A stretch of 55,635 nt of DNA, from IMG/VR virus record IMGVR_UViG_3300044995_000318, positions 1 through 55,635 of that record, one strand, 5' to 3'. Source of the DNA: a virus (taxonomy: Duplodnaviria; Caudoviricetes). Shown piece after piece: positions 37,597 to 46,816 of the stretch; positions within the stretch are counted from its first letter, which is position 1; every line of letters begins with the position of its first letter. The notes under the pieces are model-generated. The model made no database searches, was not told the origin of the DNA, and saw only the letters and a list, made by a program, of their open reading frames with translations. A program made the position numbers and the translations under genes.

Positions 37597-38526
37597 ATGA
37601 GTAGTTGGACTGATGAATCATTTACAAATGGTTTTGAGTTTGATTTTGAAAATACGTCTCCTGCTCCGAAAGAGTTCGAAACTAATAAAACGGATCCAGA
37701 TCAAAATACTCCTTTTTGTGTAAATAGCGTTAAATTTGAAGAAGAGGCGGCACCAAAATTATTACCTATTCGCTGCCCTGTTAAAACTGCTTATTTGTAT
37801 AAATGGGATATAAAAGTAGGGGATAATAAACTTGGTTCTAACGAGTGTGCTGTAATTTGGGATAAGTATTTGGATCAAATTACGCCATCGTGTTTAGAAA
37901 TATCGGTAGGTATGATACATGCTTACGATGGCGTACATCGGTTTGTTCCTGCTAAAAATTGGGATCCTCGATCTTTACCTTCGTTGCAAACATTAAGATA
38001 TAATGAAAACCCTCAAGGAGATTTTCCATTGGGGAATGTAGGCGGTTTGCATTGTATATTAGCAAATCCAATTCCTGGGTTTCTTTTATACGATGATAGC
38101 CTTAATTATAATCCGTATTTGTGCACGCGAAAAATTTTGACTGGTAATCAAATGGCCAAAGCCGTTAGTTCAGGGAACTGCCATTTTGATTGGGTGGCTC
38201 CTCGTTTATTAGTTGTTTGTGAAGGCGGAGATTTGAAAGACATCGTTAGCGGCAAAGGTATGAAAATATTATTAGATTTACCATGCCCGATGTCGATATA
38301 TTCTTTTAGCGAAACCATGGAAAATGAAAACATATCGGAAATTGCAACTGTGGGAGATTTGTGGGGGAGTTTTAGAGAAATTATGAAACGCTATTCTGGA
38401 GCTTATTTGGCTTTAGGTGGTGTACCCGATTATGACTGGTATGCGCTGAATACTTCGGATGATTTTAAGTTTGGAAGGGAAAATGCCTTCGCGCTTAATC
38501 AAATCCGATGGGCAGCGCAACACTAG
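37597..38526 (+). CDS. hypothetical protein
   Basis: 309 aa ORF with ATG start. Confidence 0.75.
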   Translation: MSSWTDESFTNGFEFDFENTSPAPKEFETNKTDPDQNTPFCVNSVKFEEEAAPKLLPIRCPVKTAYLYKWDIKVGDNKLGSNECAVIWDKYLDQITPSCLEISVGMIHAYDGVHRFVPAKNWDPRSLPSLQTLRYNENPQGDFPLGNVGGLHCILANPIPGFLLYDDSLNYNPYLCTRKILTGNQMAKAVSSGNCHFDWVAPRLLVVCEGGDLKDIVSGKGMKILLDLPCPMSIYSFSETMENENISEIATVGDLWGSFREIMKRYSGAYLALGGVPDYDWYALNTSDDFKFGRENAFALNQIRWAAQH

Positions 38527-38539
38527 TCATAAGTTGTCG

Positions 38540-38570
38540 AAAACACGCAGGCATACCCTGCGTGTTTTTT
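38540..38570 (+). terminator. intrinsic terminator (possibly bidirectional)
   Basis: AAAACACGCAGG-catac-CCTGCGTGTTTTTT. Confidence 0.8.
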
Positions 38571-38587
38571 AGCTATTATGTCCAAGC

Positions 38588-38616
38588 TTGCTTACGCAGG
38601 TGTGGTTATATATTAT
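38588..38616 (+). promoter_or_regulatory. putative promoter upstream of the split rpoB
   Basis: TTGCTT-17 nt-TATTAT, containing GTGTGGTTATATA. Confidence 0.5.
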
Positions 38617-38623
38617 AAATTAT

Positions 38624-41600
38624 ATGCCTAATGACGATAGTGATGATATTAAACCTCCTGGAGTAGAATTAATTGATCCGGAAGATTTTCCTACTTGGCG
38701 GCGTCGCATTTATGATGCTGTCAAAGAAGAGATGACCTCTGTTTTTCCACAATCTTACGGCGGTATTCGTTTGGAATTGCACGATGTGCATTATGCTGAT
38801 CCGGAAGACTACTCTTTGCATGAGCAAAAGAAAGCTTTACTGGAAGACAAATTTTTGGCCCGTCGTTTGCGCGGAACTATTAAGCTTTTCAAAGAGGACG
38901 ACAACACTCTTTTAGAAGAAAAAACAATGACGCTGATGCGTGTGCCTTATCTTACCGACAGAGGCACAATTATTCACGGGGGTAATGAATACACCGCAGC
39001 CCGACAGACCCGACTTCTTCCTGGAATCTACACTCGTAAGCAAGACAACGGACATTTAGAAGCTCAAGTAAACCCTAAAAAAGGAACTGGTCCTGATTTT
39101 CGAATAACATTTGAACCAGATACCGCACAATATCGTTTGAAAATTCAGAACTCTAATCTTCATCTTTATTCGTTATTAAAAGATTTAGGAGTTCCAGACG
39201 ATGTTTTAGCGACATCATGGGGTCCTGAAATACTTGAGGCTAATAAAAGTAAATATGACGCTCGTGTATTTAATAAAGCTTATGAGCGTCTCGTTCCTAA
39301 AAAACTGCAAGTTGTTGATGCTGATAACCAGCAGAAAGCGCAAGCTATTAAGGAAGCTTTAGAAGCTATTAAAGTTACAAAGCGCGTAGTTCGTAAAACT
39401 CTTCCTAATGCTTTTGATTTAACGAAATCGGCGGAGTGGCGTGCACGTGCTGTAGGACGTGAGTTATTTGAAAAATATGCAGCTAGTATTCCATTCGAGC
39501 CCGATCTGACCCCGGATGAAATGCAGGATATTTATAATGCTTTGTATGCTGGGGTTGGTCCTAGGTTGGCTAATATGGAAAAATGGCCATCAAGATGGTT
39601 TGTGGAAGGTTCAGATCCATTAGGATGGGTTGAATGGTATTTTAAATACCATGCAGGGCGTAGGCATGAAGATGACGCCAGACAAATCATGCGCTGGAAA
39701 AAATTTAAGGCGCGCCATGGTGCAGCTTTTGTAAAAAATCCTACGCCTAGACGTGCTTATGCTTTACGTGCTTGGGCAATTGATCCGTTAAAACTTTTAC
39801 CTAAAGAAAAGAGAGAAGCTTTTGCTAAAGAAATGGAGGAATACAAAGCTAAAAAGGAATCTGAATATAGACTTAATAAAGACGCATCTGATTCTGTTTT
39901 TGGCGAAAATAAACGTTCTGTGCTTAATAAAGCCGATCTGCAGCTCATTGCTCAATTTTTGAATAAGGAGCATCAAGCTGGTATTGATTTAAATATGAAT
40001 TATTATGAATTGGCAGAAGCGATTGAAAACTTTTTAAGAACGCAAGTTGGTCTTAATCCAGAGCTTCTTAATGCAGCGCTGAACTATCCAGCTATTAAAA
40101 AAGCGTCCGTTTATTCTCCGGAAGAAGTGGTGCATGAAGCTGGCATTTTGGTTCTTGAAAAGCTAGCTCGCTATGGCGCAAGTGTTTTATTTAAACAACC
40201 TAATGGAAAATATCTTCTCCAAGAAGAGCTACCCAATAAATGGACCCCAAAAGAAAAAGTTGGCAAGCTTCGTCCTGCGGGAGGCAATAAATCGAAATCG
40301 GATGCCAATTTAAAGGAAACGATTGTTCGAGAAATTGAAGAAGAGTTCGGATTAGATCCGGAAAAAACTAAAGATAAGATTCGTTTACTAGGTTATATAA
40401 GAAACGGAGAGCTTGCAGGATCGGCTCTTTTTGAGATGGTGGATCACGGTTTAAAACCGGGGATTTATCAGGCTACTAATAGTAAGCATGAAAAAATTAA
40501 GCTGGTGGAAGCTGATTTGGATGATCCAAGGTATATTGGGGTTAAACCAGAGCAGCTGCGTAGATTTGCTAAAAAAGAGCATCGCACAGTTGAAACTAAA
40601 GACGGTAACCAAGAAGTTGTTAAATATGCTTCGGAGTCTGTTTGGGTTTGTCCACACTGTGGAACAGAGTTGGATGAACATTCATGTTCGTTTTTGAATG
40701 AACATGAGATACAACATGAAAAATGTGGTGGTGTCATAGCTACACCCAATTTGCAGGATGATGAAGAAGATAAAGAAAAAGAAAAAATAAAAGAACGTAA
40801 TTTGCTGGCAGCTAGCGCGTTGGCCGGTATTGGCGGGGCTGGATTGATTTATGCAACTAAAAATCCTTATGGTGATTTAGGTAAAGAATCGCCAGGCATT
40901 GAAAAATTTCTTATTTCGTCCAACTCTTTTCCAGATGAATGGAGTCCTGATTTTCAACCTAAACCTTTTTTGAATGATTATCTGATGTATGGTTCGGCAG
41001 CTATGCGAGCTAAGTATTACGACATGGATGTTATTGACTATGTCAAAAAACTTAGACAGGGCATAGCCCAAATGAAACCCGATTCTCAATGGGGGTGGAA
41101 AGACTCAAAAGTTCCTGTTCCTAAAGTTATTGCTGATTACTTAGATCCAAATGATCCGGTTAATCGTAAGTATATTGAGTTCGATAACAAAGGCAGGATT
41201 TCAAAAGCTGAAGACTCTGCTTTGCATTATCTTGCTTTTCGAGCTGGACCAATTCCTGGGTATTTACAGCTATGGCATGAAAACGGCGCAGACATAACAA
41301 CTCTTAATAAAAAAATTAATGAATGGAAATCTACGTTGGCGAACCCTAATGACGCTAACTTAAATGAAAATTTTTATTTCGCTTTTGATGATTATGTAGC
41401 CAAGACGGATCCAAAATTTTTCAAATATAAACAAAATATGGATGTATCTATTGGAAAAGATGCAAGATCGGCGGCTAAAGTTTACGCAAGTCTTGGCGGT
41501 TTTGCCAGAAACGCTATTACAACTTTTCCAAGAACTGTAGGCTGGATTTTGGCGGCTGCTGGAGCTGGTGGTCTTGGTTATTGGCTTTGGCAAAAATGGA

Positions 41601-41968
41601 AAAAGAAGAGAGATAGAAAAAAAGAAAACGATCACTCCGAAGATGTCATTCCTGCCAGCGAGGTTATTGGGGACGAAATTGTTGGAGAAGTTAAGATGGC
41701 TAGCATTTTACAAGGGGTTGACATTTATAATAGAATTGTGGACCCTAAAACGGATCTCAAACCTATTGTGGAATCTTTATCGAAGCGTAAGGAATTCAGA
41801 GAAGTTCCTTACCCAGGGTTTGTGGTTCGAATGGCGCTTAGAGACAAACTGCGAAACTGGAATTCTGACACCAACTCTGAGTTAAAAGAGCAAATAAAAC
41901 AGTATCAGCATAAAGATAAACTACTTAATATGCTGTCAGCCAACGCCGATGCGTTCGAAAATCAATGA
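38624..41968 (+). CDS. rpoB: RNA polymerase beta N-terminal fragment fused to accessory domains (Trp/Arg-rich domain, NUDIX hydrolase, Zn ribbon, hydrophobic helices)
   Basis: MRVPYLTDRGTIIHGGNEYTAARQTRLLPGIY aligns with RpoB iPlMTdrGTFIINGtERVIVSQLhRSPGvy; Nudix box GGNKSKSDANLKETIVREIEEEFGL; CPHCG...HEKCGG. Confidence 0.78.
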   Translation: MPNDDSDDIKPPGVELIDPEDFPTWRRRIYDAVKEEMTSVFPQSYGGIRLELHDVHYADPEDYSLHEQKKALLEDKFLARRLRGTIKLFKEDDNTLLEEKTMTLMRVPYLTDRGTIIHGGNEYTAARQTRLLPGIYTRKQDNGHLEAQVNPKKGTGPDFRITFEPDTAQYRLKIQNSNLHLYSLLKDLGVPDDVLATSWGPEILEANKSKYDARVFNKAYERLVPKKLQVVDADNQQKAQAIKEALEAIKVTKRVVRKTLPNAFDLTKSAEWRARAVGRELFEKYAASIPFEPDLTPDEMQDIYNALYAGVGPRLANMEKWPSRWFVEGSDPLGWVEWYFKYHAGRRHEDDARQIMRWKKFKARHGAAFVKNPTPRRAYALRAWAIDPLKLLPKEKREAFAKEMEEYKAKKESEYRLNKDASDSVFGENKRSVLNKADLQLIAQFLNKEHQAGIDLNMNYYELAEAIENFLRTQVGLNPELLNAALNYPAIKKASVYSPEEVVHEAGILVLEKLARYGASVLFKQPNGKYLLQEELPNKWTPKEKVGKLRPAGGNKSKSDANLKETIVREIEEEFGLDPEKTKDKIRLLGYIRNGELAGSALFEMVDHGLKPGIYQATNSKHEKIKLVEADLDDPRYIGVKPEQLRRFAKKEHRTVETKDGNQEVVKYASESVWVCPHCGTELDEHSCSFLNEHEIQHEKCGGVIATPNLQDDEEDKEKEKIKERNLLAASALAGIGGAGLIYATKNPYGDLGKESPGIEKFLISSNSFPDEWSPDFQPKPFLNDYLMYGSAAMRAKYYDMDVIDYVKKLRQGIAQMKPDSQWGWKDSKVPVPKVIADYLDPNDPVNRKYIEFDNKGRISKAEDSALHYLAFRAGPIPGYLQLWHENGADITTLNKKINEWKSTLANPNDANLNENFYFAFDDYVAKTDPKFFKYKQNMDVSIGKDARSAAKVYASLGGFARNAITTFPRTVGWILAAAGAGGLGYWLWQKWKKKRDRKKENDHSEDVIPASEVIGDEIVGEVKMASILQGVDIYNRIVDPKTDLKPIVESLSKRKEFREVPYPGFVVRMALRDKLRNWNSDTNSELKEQIKQYQHKDKLLNMLSANADAFENQ

Positions 41969-42666
41969 GCATGACTATTGAAGAGATTCAGAAGCTTTTA
42001 ATAAAGGCAGGTACTGTTAAACAGCCTGTTCGGGCGATTCCTATTAAAAGCTTTCCAGACGACGATGACGATGAGTTTACGTCGGTCGGTCTAAATGGGG
42101 TGCTGGCGGCTACAGAAAAGTTATTAGCAGTTAACCGTGGTTTGATTCCTACAGACAGTCGGGATAGCTTGAGATTTAAGTCATTTCATAGTCCTCCTGA
42201 CTTGCTTAGAGAGCGTATTCGACTTGATGCTAATAAAACACGACTGTCTATTTTAAGAAGAGCCGCCAAAACAAAATCCCTTAAAGCGATTAACCCTTAC
42301 GCTTTCGATAATTACACAGAAGGTTTTATTATTAATAATCCATTGGTGACCCCTCTTGAAGAAATTAACCCTATGCACTTAGTTGAACAGGCTAGGAGGT
42401 TCACTCAAATGGGACCTGGTGGTTTAGGCTCTACTGAAGTTATCACTGAGGATGCGCAATCTCTAAACCCTTCTCAATTTGGTTTTTACGACACAATAGC
42501 TGGCCCCGAATCTGAAAAAATTGGCATTGATACACGATTGGCTTGGGGTACTAAAATAGGTTCAGATAAAAATATTTACAGCAGGTTTTATGATCGCCGA
42601 AAAAAGAAATTTGTTTGGTTGAACCCTGAACAAGTTGCCGAACTGACCATGAAATTGCCTGATTGA
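41965..42666 (+). CDS. rpoB: RNA polymerase beta middle fragment (fork/rifampicin-pocket region)
   Basis: TDSRDSL (RpoB DDIDHL), LEEINPMHLVEQARRFTQMGPGGL ([24 protein letters not shown]), SQFGFYDTIAGPESEKIG (THYGRVCPIETPEGPNIG). Confidence 0.85.
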   Translation: MSMTIEEIQKLLIKAGTVKQPVRAIPIKSFPDDDDDEFTSVGLNGVLAATEKLLAVNRGLIPTDSRDSLRFKSFHSPPDLLRERIRLDANKTRLSILRRAAKTKSLKAINPYAFDNYTEGFIINNPLVTPLEEINPMHLVEQARRFTQMGPGGLGSTEVITEDAQSLNPSQFGFYDTIAGPESEKIGIDTRLAWGTKIGSDKNIYSRFYDRRKKKFVWLNPEQVAELTMKLPD

Positions 42667-42698
42667 CGTATTTTTAATTTTGATTACTATAATAACTT

Positions 42699-43070
42699 AT
42701 GAAAATTAAAGTTCGTAATATTAGTCAAATTAAGCGAGTTTTTGGTTTTGACAGGAAGCAAGTTTTTGAACTTGGCGTTGGGGTCGTTGCTGGGGTTGAA
42801 CCCAATGAAGAATCTTTAAAAAACATTGAAAGGTTTAAAGCGGATGGCCTCATTGCCGTTGAAGACGCAGAAGCAAAACAAGAAGTTGTCGAAGCTTCCC
42901 CAGTTATTCCTGAGCGTAAGTCTCATGATCCTATTTCTGATTTGAAATCGGAAAAAAAGCCATACGCTAATAAAAATGAGTCTAGGCGTAAGAAAGAAAA
43001 AGTTACTGAATCCGAAAAAACAGAAGCTTTCGTTGACAGCTCTGAGGCTGTCGTTGATAATAAAAATTGA
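42699..43070 (+). CDS. hypothetical protein with charged low-complexity tail
   Basis: ATG downstream of TTGACG...TATAAT. Confidence 0.7.
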   Translation: MKIKVRNISQIKRVFGFDRKQVFELGVGVVAGVEPNEESLKNIERFKADGLIAVEDAEAKQEVVEASPVIPERKSHDPISDLKSEKKPYANKNESRRKKEKVTESEKTEAFVDSSEAVVDNKN

Positions 43071-43102
43071 AAATCTAAACCAAAAACAAACGGAGAAATA
43101 TC

Positions 43103-43300
43103 ATGAGTGAACCCACTCTCGAATCTATTCATAAAATGCGCGAAGCTGGTTTTACCGCTTATTGGGCGGGTGTCAAAAATGCTTCGCCTGAAGTTGTCCA
43201 AACTAAGCTGGCTAGCTACCGCAAGCAGCTTGGAAACATTTATGTTAAGTCGGCGGCTTTTGTTGACGCCGTGCTTGGAAATAATCAGTCTAAGAAATAA
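43103..43300 (+). CDS. small hypothetical protein with K-x-A motifs
   Basis: GGAG SD; VKNAS, TKLAS and VKSAA. Confidence 0.7.
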   Translation: MSEPTLESIHKMREAGFTAYWAGVKNASPEVVQTKLASYRKQLGNIYVKSAAFVDAVLGNNQSKK

Positions 43301-43311
43301 GGCTTTCATAA

Positions 43312-43398
43312 TTAAAACGGCTAAATTGGAAAATATCCAGTTTAGCCGTTTTAAATAACATCACAAAACTCATACCTAAATAGGTTATGAGATTTTGT
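43312..43398. terminator. two adjacent hairpins (terminator or regulatory)
   Basis: TTAAAACGGCTAAA...TTTAGCCGTTTTAA, then CAAAACTCATACCTA/TAGGTTATGAGATTTTG. Confidence 0.6.
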
Positions 43399-43485
43399 TC
43401 GTATGTAATCTAAGCGCTTATTTTATTGGCGTTTATTTTCACAGCATTATATAAACCTTCCTATAAAAGAAGGTTTTTAAAACTT

Positions 43486-44196
43486 ATGGCAAAGCTTTCA
43501 GAGGAAGAAATTTCTGAGAAGCTGTCCGTATTGATAAGTGCTGGTGAATTAACACGCCAAGATATTATTAATTTAACTGCCCGATCAGGCGTAACGGTTC
43601 AATCTGTTCGGGATTGGATGAATGGTAAATCAGGCGCACGTGTTCCAAAAACTTTGTACACTCTTTGCGAAGACCTTGACGAGCTTAACCGGCGTGTTCG
43701 TATAAGAAGGTGGATTGGACCTTGCCTTAAATTAAGTGCAGTTGGTTTATGGATTTATGAGATGTGGGAATCTTTAGGCTGGTCGCCAATTTATGCTTTG
43801 ACTAAAGAAAATGGTATTAAAAAATGTGTAGTGACAGCAAAGCACGAAAATAAAAAGATTAGTGTCACTCAAGATATCGCTGCTACAGATGCTCATGGTA
43901 TTTATTTGATTACGACTTTTTATCCTAATGGAGTTGTTTTATCTTGTTTTTTGGACTGTAGAAATCCAGTTTTAGGTGTAAAAGTTTTACAAGATTACTT
44001 TTTTAACATTAAAGGAGATGATTCCAATGGATTACGAAGAAGAATCACATGTGATTTCGCGTGGCGTTCCTCCGCTCTCTCGCACATTGAGAGAGCAGGC
44101 TCTGTCGAAGTTTGTAAATGGCATGACAACCCTGCCGCCATCCACTCCAGAGTCATCCGAGGGCAGTCGCCATCCGGAACCCCCCATGGAAGATAA
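43486..44196 (+). CDS. putative HTH DNA-binding protein
   Basis: ATG at 43486; LTARSGVTVQSVRDWMNGKS is Cro/XRE-like. Confidence 0.55.
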   Translation: MAKLSEEEISEKLSVLISAGELTRQDIINLTARSGVTVQSVRDWMNGKSGARVPKTLYTLCEDLDELNRRVRIRRWIGPCLKLSAVGLWIYEMWESLGWSPIYALTKENGIKKCVVTAKHENKKISVTQDIAATDAHGIYLITTFYPNGVVLSCFLDCRNPVLGVKVLQDYFFNIKGDDSNGLRRRITCDFAWRSSALSHIERAGSVEVCKWHDNPAAIHSRVIRGQSPSGTPHGR

Positions 44197-44524
44197 TGAA
44201 GAGCCTAAGCAGACTAGGCCGAAAATTTATAAAAGGGTGGAAGAAAGTGACGATATTTTGTCTAGCGCACTTGGTTCGGCCGGTACGGTTACAATTTCTA
44301 ATGAATATTTGACTATTACATTTAGGTCAGAGGCTATTAGCGTGAATGAGAATAGTTTAGGTTTTTTGATGAAAACTAGGAATTTAAAAATAGAACCAAA
44401 AAATGGTTCGGAGTTTTTAATAAAAATTGGCGACACTAATTACCGTGCTCTTTATGCTGGTGGGTTTTTTACTTTTCCTCGTAGTGAATATAGCTTACTT
44501 TCTTTTATGAGGATACTGGCATGA
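44018..44524 (+). CDS. hypothetical protein
   Basis: AAGGAG SD (better spaced for ATG 44027); ATGA coupling downstream. Confidence 0.65.
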   Translation: MIPMDYEEESHVISRGVPPLSRTLREQALSKFVNGMTTLPPSTPESSEGSRHPEPPMEDNEEPKQTRPKIYKRVEESDDILSSALGSAGTVTISNEYLTITFRSEAISVNENSLGFLMKTRNLKIEPKNGSEFLIKIGDTNYRALYAGGFFTFPRSEYSLLSFMRILA

Positions 44525-44685
44525 TTAAAAATGCTGTTGTTAAAATTGGAAAAACGCCTGCTGTTCAAGGAGGTGTTTCTGAAGATTATATTGAAGGAGA
44601 AGCTTCTTTGTCTAATGCTCCTGTTAAATCCTTATTAAAGGTTGCAAAAACTTTGGATGTTTCGAATAAAAAGGATAAAAAATGA
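44521..44685 (+). CDS. small protein (54 aa) not in the ORF track
   Basis: MIKNAVVKIGKTPAVQGGVSEDYIEGEASLSNAPVKSLLKVAKTLDVSNKKDKK*; ATGA overlaps at both ends fill the gap exactly. Confidence 0.7.
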   Translation: MIKNAVVKIGKTPAVQGGVSEDYIEGEASLSNAPVKSLLKVAKTLDVSNKKDKK

Positions 44686-46541
44686 GTAATTTTTTAAATC
44701 AGTATAATTTTGATTTTGATCGACTTATTGGGAGTAGGAAGTTTTCTAATCCTTTTTTGATGCATTCAAACGAATCGTTTCCTTTGCAGTTGGAAACGGC
44801 AATGGATTTTTGCTTGTTCCTTTTCTTTCTTAACCCTGAATATCGGCAAGCTTCGCTTCGCGTGATAGCGCATTTCATGACTGATTTAGAGTTTGGCAAA
44901 GAAGGTTCTATTGAGGAGCAAAATGAAACTTATGATTTTTTAAAAGACACTTTGGATATAATGGGAGCTTTACGATCTTTAGGAGAAGATTGGGCCGCTT
45001 ATGGTAATGGGTTTGCAAGAATTGCTTTTCCTTTTAACCGTTTACTTAGAGATAGAAGGGACGGAAGAATAAAAGATTGGGATATTGGAATGTTTGGGAA
45101 TCATACTGCATTTGATTTGCAGTCAATGAAATACATAGTCCCTGATCCTGTTGAAATGTCCAAAGGGGTTCCTATACATCAAGCAAAAAAAGTCGAATTT
45201 GATTTTTATGATAGAAAAAGTTTAGACCGTTCACGCATTAGTATTGTGCGCATAGATCCTCGATATGTTACTTTGCAACATAGTATGCGTAACGGCGTTA
45301 CTCGAGTAATAGAGACTTTTCCGCCGGATTTCGTTGCTTCTATTAAAAGAGGAGACATGTGGCAAGTAGATGCTACACCTCGTGCAGTTTTAGAAGCTAT
45401 TCGAAATAACGAAGACTTTTTGTATAATGCCGATGAAGTTTTTCATTATAAAGCTCCTACTGTCATGGGAATTTCTAATAATGGATGGGGGCTGCCTGAA
45501 ACAATTGCTAATTACCGACTGATTCATCAATTGCAGGTTTACCGTAAAATTGATGAAGCTGTTGGGCTTGATTATTTAATGCCTTTCCGCCTTTTTACGC
45601 CGAATATCACTGATAGTGTCGGCAGTAATGTTCAAAACCTTTTAATGTCACAATGGACAAGCAAAATTAGCAACATGATCAAAGCTCGTCGGGCTGATCC
45701 TTTTGCCATGCATGCGCTACCTTTCCCTGTAAATTATCAAGAATTTGGCGGAGAAGGTAAACGTTTGGTGCTTAAAGATTTAATTGAGTACAGCACAAAC
45801 AATATGTTGGACGCCATGGGTTATCCAGCGGAACTTTATCGTGGTTCTTTACAGGTGGCCCAAATACCTACTACCCTTCGGTTGTTTGAAAATAGATTTC
45901 ATTTTATTTTTCACAACAATAATAAGTTTGTTCGTTGGGTCGCTACCCGTGTGCAGGATTATCTCGGGCTTCCCCGTATTATTCCTTTTCTCGAACGTCC
46001 TTCTTTGGCAGACGATATGGAAGAAAGAGCGATTTACCTTCAGATGGCCGCTGGCGGGGAGATTACCCGGAAAAAAGCCTACAAGCCTTGGGGTATTACC
46101 GATCCGGTGGCAGAAGCTATCGAACGTCAGCGCGAAGACTTGGAAATTCAAAAAGAAATTTCCAAATTGCAAGCCGCTGCGCAACGAGAAGCACAAATCG
46201 GTTCAGGAAACGATCTTGCGGCAGCTCAACAAGCGGAGCAGCAGGCGGCGCAACAAGCCGCCAATCAACAAAACGGATCCGCGCAAGGCGGTCTTCCGTT
46301 GGGCGGGCTCAGCGGAAACGGTGGTCCTGTTACCCCGCTTACCATACAGCGCGAGGCTCAGGAATACGCCCTGCAACTGGAAGGTATGGACATCGGACCT
46401 AGACGCCGCATGCTCGATCAGATCCGCGTTTCTAATCCGGTGCTCCATGCGGCCGTCATGCAAGAGCTCAGGAATTTAAGGTCCAGTAACGAAGCTGCTG
46501 GTAGAGAAATGGCTCGGCAACAACTTAGACAACAACAATAA
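44682..46541 (+). CDS. probable portal protein
   Basis: 619 aa; portal-like segments LGEDWAAYGNGF, VFHYK...GWGLP and LDAMGYPAELYRG; Gln-rich tail; heads a virion-like gene block. Confidence 0.65.
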   Translation: MSNFLNQYNFDFDRLIGSRKFSNPFLMHSNESFPLQLETAMDFCLFLFFLNPEYRQASLRVIAHFMTDLEFGKEGSIEEQNETYDFLKDTLDIMGALRSLGEDWAAYGNGFARIAFPFNRLLRDRRDGRIKDWDIGMFGNHTAFDLQSMKYIVPDPVEMSKGVPIHQAKKVEFDFYDRKSLDRSRISIVRIDPRYVTLQHSMRNGVTRVIETFPPDFVASIKRGDMWQVDATPRAVLEAIRNNEDFLYNADEVFHYKAPTVMGISNNGWGLPETIANYRLIHQLQVYRKIDEAVGLDYLMPFRLFTPNITDSVGSNVQNLLMSQWTSKISNMIKARRADPFAMHALPFPVNYQEFGGEGKRLVLKDLIEYSTNNMLDAMGYPAELYRGSLQVAQIPTTLRLFENRFHFIFHNNNKFVRWVATRVQDYLGLPRIIPFLERPSLADDMEERAIYLQMAAGGEITRKKAYKPWGITDPVAEAIERQREDLEIQKEISKLQAAAQREAQIGSGNDLAAAQQAEQQAAQQAANQQNGSAQGGLPLGGLSGNGGPVTPLTIQREAQEYALQLEGMDIGPRRRMLDQIRVSNPVLHAAVMQELRNLRSSNEAAGREMARQQLRQQQ

Positions 46542-46551
46542 AACTCATACT

Positions 46552-46580
46552 TGTCGCTATTATTATTTGGGCATAAAGTT
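46552..46580 (+). promoter_or_regulatory. putative sigma70-type promoter
   Basis: TTGTCG-17 nt-TAAAGT directly upstream of ATG 46586. Confidence 0.4.
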
Positions 46581-46585
46581 TAAGA

Positions 46586-46816
46586 ATGTCACAAATAAAA
46601 GAACCGGAAATCGTAAGAGTAGTGCGATTAATTCAGAAGTCCTTTCTTGTCAAACCGAACGAATTTTCAGAGAATGAACCTAAAGGACTTCCTGAAATGC
46701 CGGGTAACGAAAATCATACTGACCCGGATTACCCTACTCGTTCAACATGTCCGGAAAAACCTCTTTGGCAAGCTTGTGACACTATTGCCGGTTCTGGAGG
46801 AGGGGCTTCGTTATGA
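46586..46816 (+). CDS. small hypothetical protein
   Basis: ATGA coupling to the next gene. Confidence 0.6.
   Translation: MSQIKEPEIVRVVRLIQKSFLVKPNEFSENEPKGLPEMPGNENHTDPDYPTRSTCPEKPLWQACDTIAGSGGGASL

Noticed and set aside
39400-41968. Intein or intron explaining the rpoB interruption
   Set aside because: There are no C/S...HN splice junctions, Hint motifs or LAGLIDADG motifs; the insert is an open frame of unrelated domains ending in a stop coupled to a new start.
45784-46479. Alternative-frame ORFs within the portal 3' end
   Set aside because: These are shadow ORFs explained by locally high GC.
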